This document shows, piece after piece, positions 34,756 to 44,461 of a DNA stretch of 64,000 nt (position 1 is the first letter of the stretch; every line of letters starts with the position of its first letter). Position numbers and translations under genes: made by a program. The notes under the pieces are model-generated. The model did not search any database. It had not been told where the DNA came from and saw only the letters and a program-made list of their open reading frames with translations. The stretch comes from an uncultured Candidatus Saccharibacteria bacterium (GTDB lineage Bacteria > Patescibacteriota > Minisyncoccia > Phycocordibacterales > UBA2100), in assembly GCA_964399865.1 (NCBI GenBank), contig CAYNRJ010000001.1, positions 330,050 through 394,049 of the forward strand, written 5' to 3'.

Positions 34756-36024
34756 ATGACAAATCGCGGCGACAAGCTGTCAACAGATAGTTACAAGGGA
34801 GTCCGTGATTTTTATCCTCAGGACCAGTTCACCCAGAAATACATGTTCGAACACATGGAACGCGTGTGCGAACTATTCGGATATGAGGAGTACAACGCCT
34901 CCGTATTAGAGCCAGCGGAACTGTACCGTAGCAAAACCTCCGAGGAGATCGTCAATAATCAGACGTATACGTTTACCGACCGCGGCGATCGTGAAGTCAC
35001 ACTTAGACCCGAGCTTACGCCAACTCTTGCCAGAATGGTAGCGAAAAAGAAGCGGGATATACCTTTCCCGGCCCGGCTCTATTCGATTGCGAATTGTTTC
35101 CGCTACGAAGGAACACAAAAGGGACGCCTGCGAGAATTTTGGCAACTGAACGCCGACATGGTCGGAGCAGAAGGTGTTGCAGCGGACGCGGAAATAATCG
35201 CTGTCGCGCACGGCATACTACGTTCCCTTGGTGCGGAAGAAAGGGATTTCGAGATCCGCGTGTCAGACCGAAGAATGCTTGATTCAATATTCGATTCTGT
35301 GGAAATTGATGCTGATAAGAGGCCGGACATTACACGACTCCTCGATCGCAGGGAGAAAATGGGCGAAGACTTCAAGAAAGAGATCCTGTCGGCTATCGGC
35401 GATAAAGGGAAAGTGGATGCGCTCATAGAGCAGCTTGATCACACGACCTCGAGTGCGTACTTAGAGGAGCTCCGCGGACAGCTCGAATATATGGGAATAC
35501 GTAATATGATCGTCGATACCAAAATAACTCGTGGATTTGATTATTACACCGGCATGGTGTTCGAGATCTTCGATACCTCCACTGAGAATCGACGCTCTCT
35601 TGCAGGAGGCGGAAGATATGACAACCTCCTCTCCCTTTTTGGCGAGGATCCAATCCCTGCAGTCGGGTTTGCGATGGGAGATGTCACGGTACGGGACTTC
35701 CTTGAAACGCATAATCTTCTCCCCGAGTACGCCCCTGCTACCGAACTTATGATCGCTGTTATCGAACCAGACGCGATCGGACACGCCATGCGTCTTGCCC
35801 AGGACCTGCGACGAGAGGATGTCACGATTGCGGTTAATTTCTCTGGCAAACGCGTGGGCGATCAAGTTAGACAGGCGGACAAGATGAAAATTCCATTTGT
35901 TATCGCAATAGGATCAAAAGAAAGAGAGTCTGGGCGATACACGGTGAAGAATTTATCTACGGGAGCTGAGCTTACGCTCCCAGCGGACAGGATCGCAGAA
36001 CATCTATTTAGCAGTCTTGGATAA
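34756..36024 (+). CDS. hisS: histidine--tRNA ligase
   Basis: Class II aaRS motifs: FRYEGTQKGRLREFWQ, GGGRYDNL, and a C-terminal anticodon-binding domain. Confidence 0.9.
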   Translation: MTNRGDKLSTDSYKGVRDFYPQDQFTQKYMFEHMERVCELFGYEEYNASVLEPAELYRSKTSEEIVNNQTYTFTDRGDREVTLRPELTPTLARMVAKKKRDIPFPARLYSIANCFRYEGTQKGRLREFWQLNADMVGAEGVAADAEIIAVAHGILRSLGAEERDFEIRVSDRRMLDSIFDSVEIDADKRPDITRLLDRREKMGEDFKKEILSAIGDKGKVDALIEQLDHTTSSAYLEELRGQLEYMGIRNMIVDTKITRGFDYYTGMVFEIFDTSTENRRSLAGGGRYDNLLSLFGEDPIPAVGFAMGDVTVRDFLETHNLLPEYAPATELMIAVIEPDAIGHAMRLAQDLRREDVTIAVNFSGKRVGDQVRQADKMKIPFVIAIGSKERESGRYTVKNLSTGAELTLPADRIAEHLFSSLG

Positions 36025-36068
36025 CGCGAGGGAACGCTCTTGGTCACTTCCCTCCTTACACTTCAATC

Positions 36069-36641
36069 ATGCGCATTGTTACGTTTGATATAGAAACCGC
36101 GAACTGGATGTCTGACATCGGCTCAGGAGACCCGGCGGACCTCACACTCGCGATCATTTGTATCCACGATTCCGAAACCGGGTATCACAGCTTCCTCGAG
36201 AACGAACTCTCGAATCTTTGGAAGATACTTGAAAAGACCGACATGCTCGTTGGGTACAATTCCGATCATTTTGATATTCCCCTCCTCAATAAGTACTACC
36301 CGGGCGACCTTACACACATAAAATCACTCGATTTGATGCAGGAAGTGTACGCAAGCTTAGGCCGCCGACTTAAGCTCGATACTATCGCAGAAGGGACACT
36401 CGGACAGAAAAAGAGTGCTGACGGTCTTCAATCACTGAAGTGGTGGAAACAAGGTGAGGTGGATAAAGTACGACAATACTGTCTCAAGGATGTCGAGCTA
36501 ACAAAGAAAGTATTCGACTACGCGCTCAAGTATGGCGGTATTAAATATAAGGAACTCGGAAAGATAAAAGAGGTCAAATTGAATACCTCTAAGTGGCTCA
36601 CGCAAAACAGTAAGCCTTTAACGCATACTTTGGGGTTCTAG
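36069..36641 (+). CDS. DEDD-family 3'-5' exonuclease (DnaQ/RNase T-like)
   Basis: FDIETA (Exo I), YNSDHFDIPLL (Exo II) and YCLKDVELT (Exo III, tyrosine 'y' subtype — note the Y, not an H). Confidence 0.6.
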   Translation: MRIVTFDIETANWMSDIGSGDPADLTLAIICIHDSETGYHSFLENELSNLWKILEKTDMLVGYNSDHFDIPLLNKYYPGDLTHIKSLDLMQEVYASLGRRLKLDTIAEGTLGQKKSADGLQSLKWWKQGEVDKVRQYCLKDVELTKKVFDYALKYGGIKYKELGKIKEVKLNTSKWLTQNSKPLTHTLGF

Positions 36642-36801
36642 GTCTGCTGCCACCCCGTCTTCTTACAGAAGCTGTATACCTTGTGGATTTTCTCTTCGCT
36701 AACGCTCGATAAAATCTCACAAGGTCTTGCGCCGCTCCTTAACCCGCGGCTCACCCGACCCCTTCCCTAATCTGCCCCCCGTCACAATTATCTGCGATTT
36801 G

Positions 36802-36875
36802 TGCCTGGGGGCAGATTCGAACTGCCGACCCTTCGCTCTTCAGGCGAATGCTCTAACCAACTGAGCTACCCAGGC
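36802..36875 (-). tRNA. tRNA-Phe (anticodon GAA)
   Basis: Hand-folded cloverleaf GCCTGGG/CCCAGGC acceptor, anticodon loop CTGAAGA, T-loop TTCGAAT; CCA not encoded. Confidence 0.85.
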
Positions 36876-36911
36876 AAGTCTGGCTTACTGTATCACACCA
36901 CGGTTTCGATT

Positions 36912-37208
36912 TCACTCACCGAAATACTTGGACGGATCGAGCTTGTTCATCAGCTCTTGAAGACCTCCGAGCTGTGCCTTCGCATCAGCGCTTACGCCTT
37001 GCACCTCCTCAAAGGTTCCCATGACGCTTTGCATAACCGGGTAAATATAGGAGAAGTAGAACCAGATCGGAACGATGAGAAATATCGCCCAAATGATCAT
37101 TTTTATGATACTCCCCCAAAAGGCGCCTCGCCGCATCTTGCGAAGCATCTTGTTATTCTCCTTTGTGAGCGCAAGTATCTCCTGAAGCTTCTGCTCGCTT
37201 ACATCCAT
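36912..37208 (-). CDS. small membrane protein between two tRNA genes
   Basis: 98-aa ORF with one central TM hairpin; same strand as the flanking tRNAs. Confidence 0.35.
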   Translation of the reverse strand: MDVSEQKLQEILALTKENNKMLRKMRRGAFWGSIIKMIIWAIFLIVPIWFYFSYIYPVMQSVMGTFEEVQGVSADAKAQLGGLQELMNKLDPSKYFGE

Positions 37209-37223
37209 TACAAAATTTTATCA

Positions 37224-37295
37224 TGCCCTCGGCGGGAATCGAACCTACATCTAACCCTTAGGACGGGTCCGTTCTATCCATTGAACTACGAGGGC
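37224..37295 (-). tRNA. tRNA-Arg (anticodon CCU)
   Basis: Hand-folded: acceptor GCCCTCG/CGAGGGC, anticodon loop GTCCTAA, T-loop TTCGATT; one A-C mismatch in the T-stem. Confidence 0.7.
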
Positions 37296-37380
37296 TAACG
37301 AGAGGCAGAATGACGCCCGCGAAAGCTATGTTTACGAGGGCTTGCGGGCACTGTAACACGCAAGCCCTTACTCGTTAAAA

Positions 37381-37635
37381 TTATTTAACTCCCAAGAGTC
37401 CGCGGAGCTGTTCCTCGTCGTAGCCGACTATGATCTCGTCCCCAATAGTAATGACTGGAACGCCCATCTGACCGCTCTTCTGGATCATTTCTTTTCGCTT
37501 CTCGAGGTCAGTACCCACGTTATAATCCGTGAATTTCACACCGTTTTCTGTGAAGAAATCCTTTGCTGCGTGGCAGAAATGACACGTCGGGGTGGAATAG
37601 ATTTTTACTTCTTTTGTTGCTGTCTTTGTCGCCAT
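37381..37635 (-). CDS. glutaredoxin-like protein (NrdH/YruB-like)
   Basis: 84 aa; TPTCHFCHAAKDFF active-site region and GVPVITIGDEIIVGYDEEQL thioredoxin-fold C-terminus. Confidence 0.7.
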   Translation of the reverse strand: MATKTATKEVKIYSTPTCHFCHAAKDFFTENGVKFTDYNVGTDLEKRKEMIQKSGQMGVPVITIGDEIIVGYDEEQLRGLLGVK

Positions 37636-37687
37636 AATTCTGAATTGTTATTTTAAGATACTAAAAAGTATATCACGCTAGTAATTT

Positions 37688-38305
37688 CTAAAACCCAAGC
37701 TTTTCTTTCACGAGAAGCACTTTTACGGAACGCTTCATCATCGCGCTCTCGCCGTGCAAAATCACGGTCTTATTGAGCTTCGTACCCGACCCATAAAGCT
37801 CCTGCATGTGGATATCTTCTAAGGGGACGACATGCTTTTGGAGCCTCTCAAGGGCACTCGGGAGATCGGGGGTAATCTTTTTGGTACTAACAACGAGAAT
37901 GAGATTTGGCGAAGTGTACACCAAGTGTGGCTGCTGACTTCCAGTATTGGAAGCAATCACCATTTCCCCTCCTTCGGTCAGAGCATGGACACTGCCTAGG
38001 TAATAATCGGACAGAGACGACTGGGCGCGGAGTGCGTGGCGCTTTTCCGCATCACTTTCTGCAAGAATACCCGCATGGAGATTGTTCCACCCATGCTTTC
38101 CGTCTTTCAGGTACTCAACAAATCCTATTTGCTCGAGCGTGACGGAAGCGCCGTTCATCACCGATGCTCCCTTTGGGATTAGAGTCTTGATAAGCTCGAG
38201 GGCGTCTTTGCCCGTTTCAAGAATAACGGGATCAAATCCGCGTGATTTCAAACCCTCGGCCGCTTTTTGTATTGAACCCTCTGACGCTAGTGTCGTGTAA
38301 TCCAT
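37688..38305 (-). CDS. LUD-domain (LutC/YkgG-like, DUF162) protein
   Basis: GSVHALTEGGEMVIASNTGSQQPHLVYTSPNLILVVSTKKITPDL resembles the LUD-domain core; assignment from memory of the family pattern. Confidence 0.45.
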   Translation of the reverse strand: MDYTTLASEGSIQKAAEGLKSRGFDPVILETGKDALELIKTLIPKGASVMNGASVTLEQIGFVEYLKDGKHGWNNLHAGILAESDAEKRHALRAQSSLSDYYLGSVHALTEGGEMVIASNTGSQQPHLVYTSPNLILVVSTKKITPDLPSALERLQKHVVPLEDIHMQELYGSGTKLNKTVILHGESAMMKRSVKVLLVKEKLGF

Positions 38306-38395
38306 AAAAATAGGAGAAGTTATGATTGCTAGTCGATCATTGTAAGTGACCCACTTTACTTTGTAAAGTGAGTAAGGGTGTGATATCGTGGTGTA

Positions 38396-38722
38396 ATGTT
38401 ACGAACGAAGAGCCAGCGGAGGAAATTGTGTGCCGACTGCCCTGTCGCACGCGTAGCGGACCTCCTCGGAGACCCTTGCTCCCTTCTCGTCATGCGAGAC
38501 CTCATGAATAAACCTCACCGATTCGGTGAATTGGAAGATTCTCTAGGGGGCATGAGTCCACGTACGCTCACGAATACACTGAAGCGACTCGAGAAGGAAG
38601 GATTTATCGCCCGCAAACACTTTGTGAGACCCATCCATTTTCAATACATACTCACAAAAAAGGGAGCTGCCTTTAACGACGTCGTAGAATCGATGCGCAC
38701 GTACGGAAAGAAATATCTATAA
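38396..38722 (+). CDS. HxlR-family winged-helix transcriptional regulator
   Basis: CPVARVADLLGDPCSLLVMRDL...RFGELEDSLGGMSPRTLTNTLKRLEKEGFIAR is the canonical HxlR/MarR-like wHTH. Confidence 0.75.
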   Translation: MLRTKSQRRKLCADCPVARVADLLGDPCSLLVMRDLMNKPHRFGELEDSLGGMSPRTLTNTLKRLEKEGFIARKHFVRPIHFQYILTKKGAAFNDVVESMRTYGKKYL

Positions 38723-38753
38723 ACAGTGTCCCCGGCACGAGCGGCCGGGGACG

Positions 38754-39434
38754 TCACATCGCAAGAACTTCTGAGACGCTATATATCCTGCGCTTGAGAT
38801 TCGCGGGACCCCTTGCAATGAGCTTCCTCGCGATTTCGATAGCACCCTCCGCATACTCCCGCCTCCCATGCATCTTGATCTTGAGTGTGCGAGTACGACC
38901 AACACTGTCTTTGAGAACCACCCAGTGATACGCGTGCCCGCCAAGATATTCCTCGGGTACGCCAAGCCTCCGTTGCTCAATCGGCTTCCGGATCGAGTAA
39001 ATCGCCGACTGCGGCAGCCCTCCGATACTCGCAATCTTCTTCGCCGTACCCGAATCACCTTTCGGCTTTGACGCCTGATGCGATTCGTAGATCCTCACCA
39101 GTCTGAAGCCACTCCTCACAAAGAGCGATAGCTCTTCGAAGAATTGGACAACAGCGGGTGCAAGGTTCGGCGCATGCACGACCCGCGCAGTAGTCCCCTT
39201 CAGGAACTCCTCCTGGCCACTCGAGGCAAAGATAATAGGAATGCCCGTGGCATCGCACCAATCCAGGACCTCCCTCGTCAGACGATCACTCCCGACATGG
39301 ATGACGACTGCATCTGGCCGTATCTTCCGTGCTGGGCTTTCCCAATCCATCACATAGACGCCGGGGATAGTGGCAGCAACTTCCCTGATCATAGCGGCCA
39401 TGAGGCCGTGACCGAGGATGTACAGGACAACCAT
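38754..39434 (-). CDS. DapB-family (4-hydroxy-tetrahydrodipicolinate reductase-like) NAD(P)-dependent reductase
   Basis: ESHQASKPKGDSGTA matches the DapB E(A)HHxxKxDAPSGTA signature; start at MVVLYILG with GGGAGGT ribosome-binding site (the longer ORF was rejected). Confidence 0.55.
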   Translation of the reverse strand: MVVLYILGHGLMAAMIREVAATIPGVYVMDWESPARKIRPDAVVIHVGSDRLTREVLDWCDATGIPIIFASSGQEEFLKGTTARVVHAPNLAPAVVQFFEELSLFVRSGFRLVRIYESHQASKPKGDSGTAKKIASIGGLPQSAIYSIRKPIEQRRLGVPEEYLGGHAYHWVVLKDSVGRTRTLKIKMHGRREYAEGAIEIARKLIARGPANLKRRIYSVSEVLAM

Positions 39435-39524
39435 CGTGACCTCCCTATCTATTGGCCAGAGCGCATACTTCCAAATTAACCCCTCCAAGTCAAAGTAAGA
39501 GGGTGTGGTATATTCTCAAACGTA

Positions 39525-39541
39525 TTGCGGGTATAGTTTAG
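39525..39541 (+). repeat. 17-nt direct duplicate of the tRNA-Gly 5' end (ttgcgggtatagtttag), 35 nt upstream of the tRNA
   Basis: Read directly; second copy at 39560..39576 is the tRNA itself. Confidence 0.8.
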
Positions 39542-39561
39542 AATTAGATGAATCGCGTTTT

Positions 39562-39632
39562 GCGGGTATAGTTTAGTGGTAGAACGATTGCTTCCCAAGC
39601 AATAGATCGGAGTTCGATTCTCCGTACCCGCA
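39562..39632 (+). tRNA. tRNA-Gly (anticodon CCC)
   Basis: Acceptor GCGGGTA/TACCCGC, anticodon loop TTCCCAA, T-loop TTCGATT. Confidence 0.8.
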
Positions 39633-39657
39633 CAAACACCTTTATATTCACGTGGAC

Positions 39658-40155
39658 TTACCTTCGATATGCCTTTGAATTAAGGTAATAGCCTTGCTGA
39701 AATAGCCCTCCGTCGTATCCCCTATCTTTGAGATACTGGTCGGCGAATGGATCAAATACCTGCCATTTCCCATTAACATTCACATCGAGATATGTGTGCG
39801 CAGCCCCGCCCGGCACTTGCCCAATCTGGAAAATTGTTTCTATTCCTAATTTATTCAAAATTGCTTGTCCTACTACATGCCAGTCTAGGCAGACACCGTA
39901 CCTATCGTCTAATACAGTGGTGAGCGCTTTCACTGTTCTTTGATCCCATATCCGTGCCTCAACATCTTTTGGAATCTGTACTTTTGGCTTGAGAGCATTT
40001 AAGAGATTGTGTTGTAAAAATTCCTGGACAGCGACAAGTTGTTGCTCAGGTGGTAACTCCTTTATCGCTTCGCAAAGATTCTCAATAACTTGAGATTCAT
40101 CAACTTCTATATTTTCTATCCTATTCCGAGGCCCTACTCGCTCGAAGTCAGACAT
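39658..40155 (-). CDS. transglutaminase-like cysteine-protease-fold protein
   Basis: Cys-His-Asp arrangement GVCLDWHVVGQAILNKLGIET...GGAAHTYLDVNVNGKWQVFDP resembles the transglutaminase-core motif. Confidence 0.4.
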   Translation of the reverse strand: MSDFERVGPRNRIENIEVDESQVIENLCEAIKELPPEQQLVAVQEFLQHNLLNALKPKVQIPKDVEARIWDQRTVKALTTVLDDRYGVCLDWHVVGQAILNKLGIETIFQIGQVPGGAAHTYLDVNVNGKWQVFDPFADQYLKDRGYDGGLFQQGYYLNSKAYRR

Positions 40156-40170
40156 ATTAGATAGAGTGTA

Positions 40171-40548
40171 TCACCACCAATTAAAGAGTCTCCCAAACCA
40201 CCCACGGATGCCCGAGGTAGAAGTCGCAGCCGTTACCTCCGAAGTGGGCGGCTCAACAATAACGATGAGCTCTTCCCCGCTCCCCGCGAGAGCATATTGA
40301 GCGCGGAGCGCCTCCTCGACGCCGCGATCAGTATTTATTTCAGCGAGATCACTCTTGAGGCGCTCCTCCCTATCCAACAGCTCGGCACGTTCATTTTCAG
40401 CCTGCACCCGCAACACCCGCGATTCGCGCTCCTTTTTATAGACTTCCCACACTCCTGAGGCCATCGCAACGACAGCTATGAAAAGCAGTACTAAGCCAAT
40501 TCGCTTTAGGAAAAGTCTTGCAGGATCGCGTTGCCTAATCATGGCCAT
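40171..40548 (-). CDS. septum-formation-initiator-like (FtsB/DivIC-like) membrane-anchored coiled-coil protein
   Basis: Single N-terminal TM helix then a coiled-coil (RVQAENERAELLDREERLKSDLAEIN). Confidence 0.4.
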   Translation of the reverse strand: MAMIRQRDPARLFLKRIGLVLLFIAVVAMASGVWEVYKKERESRVLRVQAENERAELLDREERLKSDLAEINTDRGVEEALRAQYALAGSGEELIVIVEPPTSEVTAATSTSGIRGWFGRLFNWW

Positions 40549-40732
40549 ACCCTTATAATACTACCAAGCAAGTAAGAGCAATTTTCATGAGTTTTCTATT
40601 TCACAAACGCACAAAAAAGGTAGTTCAGATCATTTGGGGTGTGGTTGCAGTCATCGTCATCATTGGTATGGTCGTGTTTTTCGCTCCAGGACTTATAACT
40701 GGTTACTGAAAACTACCGGCGTCTCGATTTCT

Positions 40733-42508
40733 TTATTCCTTAATGACCTTAAGGAATACGTCCGGTGGTATATCCACCTTCCCGCGTGCGAGCATTTTCT
40801 TTTTGCCTCGCTTTTGCTTCTCCAACAATTTCATTTTTCGAGTGATGTCACCGCCATACAAATAGCCAGTCACGTCTTTTCGCATCGCAGAGATGCGGCG
40901 TGATGCGATTATCTTCCCTTCTGCTTTCGCCTGTATTTTCAATTCGAATAGCTGTCTCGGGAGAAGTTTCTCTAATTTTTCTACCATATGCTCCGCCTCT
41001 TCGCGTGTGCGACGTCTTGAAACAATACGAGCGAAAGCCGCAACGGGCTCTTCCGCTACGAGTACGTCGAGGCGTATGACATCCGCGTCACGGAGTCCTA
41101 TGAAATCATAGGAGAGCGAGGCGAAACCTGAGGAAATACTCTTCAGTCGATCAAAAAACCCGCGCATCAATTCACGAAGCGGCATCTCTCCTTGGAGTTC
41201 GATTCTTCCATCTGGAAGCGTCTTTGTGTCCCCCTGGATTGCCTCGTGCTCATACAAAAGCTGACTGATGGAGCCCACGTATTCTGCTGGCGTAAAGAGA
41301 GAAACTTTTGCGTACATCTCTCGCACTTTCACTATGTCTCCTGATTCAGGGAATCGTGCAGGGTTGTAAATCTCTTCCGTAGTACCATCCCTCTTCGTTA
41401 CCTCATATATCGTCGTTGGCGTTGTAACGACGAGATCGAGACTAAACTCACGGCGTAAACGCTCGATCATGATCTCGAGGTGGAGCATGCCGAGGAAACC
41501 ACAACGGAAGCCTTTACCCATGACCCCCGAGGACTCCTCTTCGTATGAAAGCGATGAGTCAGAAAGGCGCAAACGCTCTAGTGATTGACGAAGAAGTACC
41601 AAATCGTCCTGCGACTCCGGATACACGCTGGCCCAGATAACAGGTGTAGGGGCTCGATACCCATGCAGAGGCTCCGCACCACCACGAGCTGCTATCACCG
41701 TGTCTCCAACAAGCGCGATACCAGGTTTTTTAATACCCGTGACGATGTAGCCGATCTCTCCGGCCTCAAGCGATGGTCGAGGAGAATCTTCAGGGGAAAG
41801 AATTCCTACTTCGAGCGCCACGAAATCCGCTTCGACTGACGCAAGGCGAAGTGCATCCCCTTTTGCAATATGCCCACCAAATACGCGTGCATAGATGATG
41901 ATGCCGCGATGGTCTGAATACCGGAAGTCGAAAATGAGCGCTTGGGCTTTATCACCCGAAGTTTTCGGAGGCGAAATACGATCTACGACAGCATCGAGCA
42001 CGCTTCCTACGCCCTCCCCTGTTCTCCCGGAACAAAGTAGCACATCGTCTTCAGAAACATCGAGTAGGTGCGCAAGTTCACTCTTAATGTCCGCGGTACG
42101 CGCATTTGGAGAATCAATTTTCGAGACTACTGGAATAACAGGAAGACCAAGGCCACGAGCAACAGAAAGTACGGAGAGAGTTTGCGCTTGTACACCCTGG
42201 GTTGCATCGACCAAGAGGACCACTCCCTCAACAGCAGAAAGAGCGCGGGAAACTTCGTAGGCGAAATCTACGTGCCCGGGCGTATCAATAAGGTTGATCA
42301 CATATTCCGTACCATCCTTCTTCCATAGCATTCGGACCGGCTGCATCTTTATCGTAATGCCGCGCTCGCGCTCCAGATCCATACGATCGAGGACCTGCTC
42401 CTGCATGCGACGCGGCTCAATCGTCCCGGTAAGCTCAAGCATCCTGTCTGCGAGGGTACTCTTGCCGTGGTCGATGTGGGCGATGATTGAAAAGTTCCTA
42501 ATATTCAT
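40733..42508 (-). CDS. lepA: translation elongation factor 4 (LepA)
   Basis: NFSIIAHIDHGKSTLADR G-domain and the LepA-specific C-terminal domain. Confidence 0.95.
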   Translation of the reverse strand: MNIRNFSIIAHIDHGKSTLADRMLELTGTIEPRRMQEQVLDRMDLERERGITIKMQPVRMLWKKDGTEYVINLIDTPGHVDFAYEVSRALSAVEGVVLLVDATQGVQAQTLSVLSVARGLGLPVIPVVSKIDSPNARTADIKSELAHLLDVSEDDVLLCSGRTGEGVGSVLDAVVDRISPPKTSGDKAQALIFDFRYSDHRGIIIYARVFGGHIAKGDALRLASVEADFVALEVGILSPEDSPRPSLEAGEIGYIVTGIKKPGIALVGDTVIAARGGAEPLHGYRAPTPVIWASVYPESQDDLVLLRQSLERLRLSDSSLSYEEESSGVMGKGFRCGFLGMLHLEIMIERLRREFSLDLVVTTPTTIYEVTKRDGTTEEIYNPARFPESGDIVKVREMYAKVSLFTPAEYVGSISQLLYEHEAIQGDTKTLPDGRIELQGEMPLRELMRGFFDRLKSISSGFASLSYDFIGLRDADVIRLDVLVAEEPVAAFARIVSRRRTREEAEHMVEKLEKLLPRQLFELKIQAKAEGKIIASRRISAMRKDVTGYLYGGDITRKMKLLEKQKRGKKKMLARGKVDIPPDVFLKVIKE

Positions 42509-42593
42509 GTGAGTGACTCATCCTAGCAAAAATTCAGCTTCGTGCACCGTTTGGCTGAGCTCAGCCTACAGCGAGGAGCATTGTGTCGCGAGG

Positions 42594-42652
42594 GTGTCTC
42601 GCAGGCCGACGGGCCGAGAGGCAGCGCTCCGCCAGCAGGCGGAGACAGCGAC
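42594..42652. repeat. 59-nt structured repeat, copy A (between murJ stop and lepA start)
   Basis: Aligns to 47319..47377 with six differences, all forming three compensatory stem pairs (GGCC/GGCC versus GCGC/GCGC; CTCCGCC/GGCGGAG versus CTCAGCC/GGCTGAG). Confidence 0.7.
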
Positions 42653-42680
42653 CTGAGCGATACAGTGCTCTGAGCGCGCA

Positions 42681-44387
42681 CTAATTGGGTCTTGAGGGAC
42701 CAACATCTTCCGCTGAAGCGACAACGGCGATCCCCTCCTCCGCTGGTCGCACACGCCATATTCTTCCTCGGATCGCACTTACTGTCTCATTGTATTCTCG
42801 ATTTCGAAGCAGTGAGTACGCAGTCGCGGAAACAACTATTCCGACAATTCCTGCGAGGAGCCCAGAGAGAAACACGGCGAGCAGCGTCGAGAGTGATGTA
42901 AGGGGCCCGAGAGCGTAGAGCACTCCATATGACCCCACGCCGCCCGCGATCGCTGCAATGATACTATCGAAAAACGTACGACGGACCCCTGAGAAGAATC
43001 CCCCGAATTGGTACTGGAAGTGCCCTGCAAGTACGAGTGCACCGAGGATCGAAATTGAGGCATACGCAAGCGCGAGTGCTAAAACCGACGTCCCAGGAAG
43101 CTCTTCTACCCTCATCAGATCCTCCACAAACTGAAGTAGTGTGGTGTTTTCAAATAGTCGAAGGAATAGAAAACTGAGCCCGATGGATCCTGTCGCGGAG
43201 AAGAATGCGACAAGAAGCGGAATGAACGTACGACCCGCAGCGTAATACGCACGGACAAGGAGAAGTGTGAGGCCTTGCGCCGCGAGGCCAAAAGAAAATA
43301 TCGCGAATGCCGCCGCCGTAAGACGTGTGTCCGTCCAATCAAACTGTCCGCTTCCAAGGACAACACGGACAATGTGCGCGCGAAGTATCACAATAAGTGC
43401 GATTGCAGGAAGCGACCAAAAAAGAACATGGCGCGCTGCTATCGCGACATGCGCGACAAATTCTTCACGCTTCCCGTTCGCAAACGCTGCTGCAAGCGTA
43501 GGAAACGCCGCAACAGAATACGACGATCCGATGACCGATAGTGGAACGCTACTTAAGTTATACGCGAACATGAATATCGCAATAGAACCAGGAGCAAGTG
43601 CCGAGGCGATCGCCGTAAGACCAATAAAAGCGATCTGATTAAGGGAGAGCGCGAGGGAGCGAGGAACCGATATAAAGATCGTATGGAAGAGTGCGCTTGG
43701 ATCTACTATGCGCGGAATATTTTGGAAAAATCCATCTTTTACAATCGATGGAATTTGGAGGGAAAAATGGAGCGCAGCTCCGAGGATCACTCCCCATACG
43801 AGTCCCGTCATGCCCCACAGTGGATAGAATGCGAGAATACCTAAAATAATCCCAACGTTGTACACGATCGGTGAAAGTGCATACAGACCGTATCGTGAGC
43901 GCACCTGAGTGATAGCCGCAAGAATGTTCGACAACCCAAGAAGAATTGGCTGAAGAAGGAGTATACGAGTCAGTGTGACGAGGGTCTCAAGCTCTGCTGC
44001 GGAAAAGGACGAGAAGAGCCTCTCGAGGATATAGGGAGCAAAGAACGCAGCAAGGGAGGAAGCAATCACCGCAAGCAAAGAGAATCCTGCAACGATCGTA
44101 TCAATGTATCGTTTCTGCTCTTCACCCGTCCGACGAGTGAATTCTGGAATGAGGATGTAGACAGAGACAAGTGTCCCGAACATGACGAAGAGTAAGTCTG
44201 GAATTCGGAATGCAGCGTAGTAGATGTCGAGCTCCGTTCCCGCCCCGAAGGTATGTGCAAGGAGGCGATCTCTGAATAGCGCGAGAAAAGAGGAAATCAG
44301 TGCGGATGCGGCAAGAATCGAAACAGCGCGCTCAAGAGTGCGGGCTTCAGAGGAGAGAAAACGGATCCCCGCAAAAATCTTCAGCAT
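42681..44387 (-). CDS. murJ: lipid II flippase MurJ (MviN)
   Basis: FRDRLLAHTFGAGTELDIYYAAFRIPDLLF N-terminal signature; 14-TM MOP-superfamily architecture. Confidence 0.85.
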   Translation of the reverse strand: MLKIFAGIRFLSSEARTLERAVSILAASALISSFLALFRDRLLAHTFGAGTELDIYYAAFRIPDLLFVMFGTLVSVYILIPEFTRRTGEEQKRYIDTIVAGFSLLAVIASSLAAFFAPYILERLFSSFSAAELETLVTLTRILLLQPILLGLSNILAAITQVRSRYGLYALSPIVYNVGIILGILAFYPLWGMTGLVWGVILGAALHFSLQIPSIVKDGFFQNIPRIVDPSALFHTIFISVPRSLALSLNQIAFIGLTAIASALAPGSIAIFMFAYNLSSVPLSVIGSSYSVAAFPTLAAAFANGKREEFVAHVAIAARHVLFWSLPAIALIVILRAHIVRVVLGSGQFDWTDTRLTAAAFAIFSFGLAAQGLTLLLVRAYYAAGRTFIPLLVAFFSATGSIGLSFLFLRLFENTTLLQFVEDLMRVEELPGTSVLALALAYASISILGALVLAGHFQYQFGGFFSGVRRTFFDSIIAAIAGGVGSYGVLYALGPLTSLSTLLAVFLSGLLAGIVGIVVSATAYSLLRNREYNETVSAIRGRIWRVRPAEEGIAVVASAEDVGPSRPN

Positions 44388-44461
44388 CGCACTATTGTGC
44401 CATAGAGACTGACGTCATGCCCGGGTTCTCTCAGTGGAGAATGAAGAATAATGAAGAGTGA

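Noticed and set aside
35015-35865. Many short ORFs overlapping hisS on both strands
   Set aside because: The hisS frame carries unambiguous class II synthetase motifs. The overlapping ORFs are Arg/Ser-rich out-of-frame artefacts.
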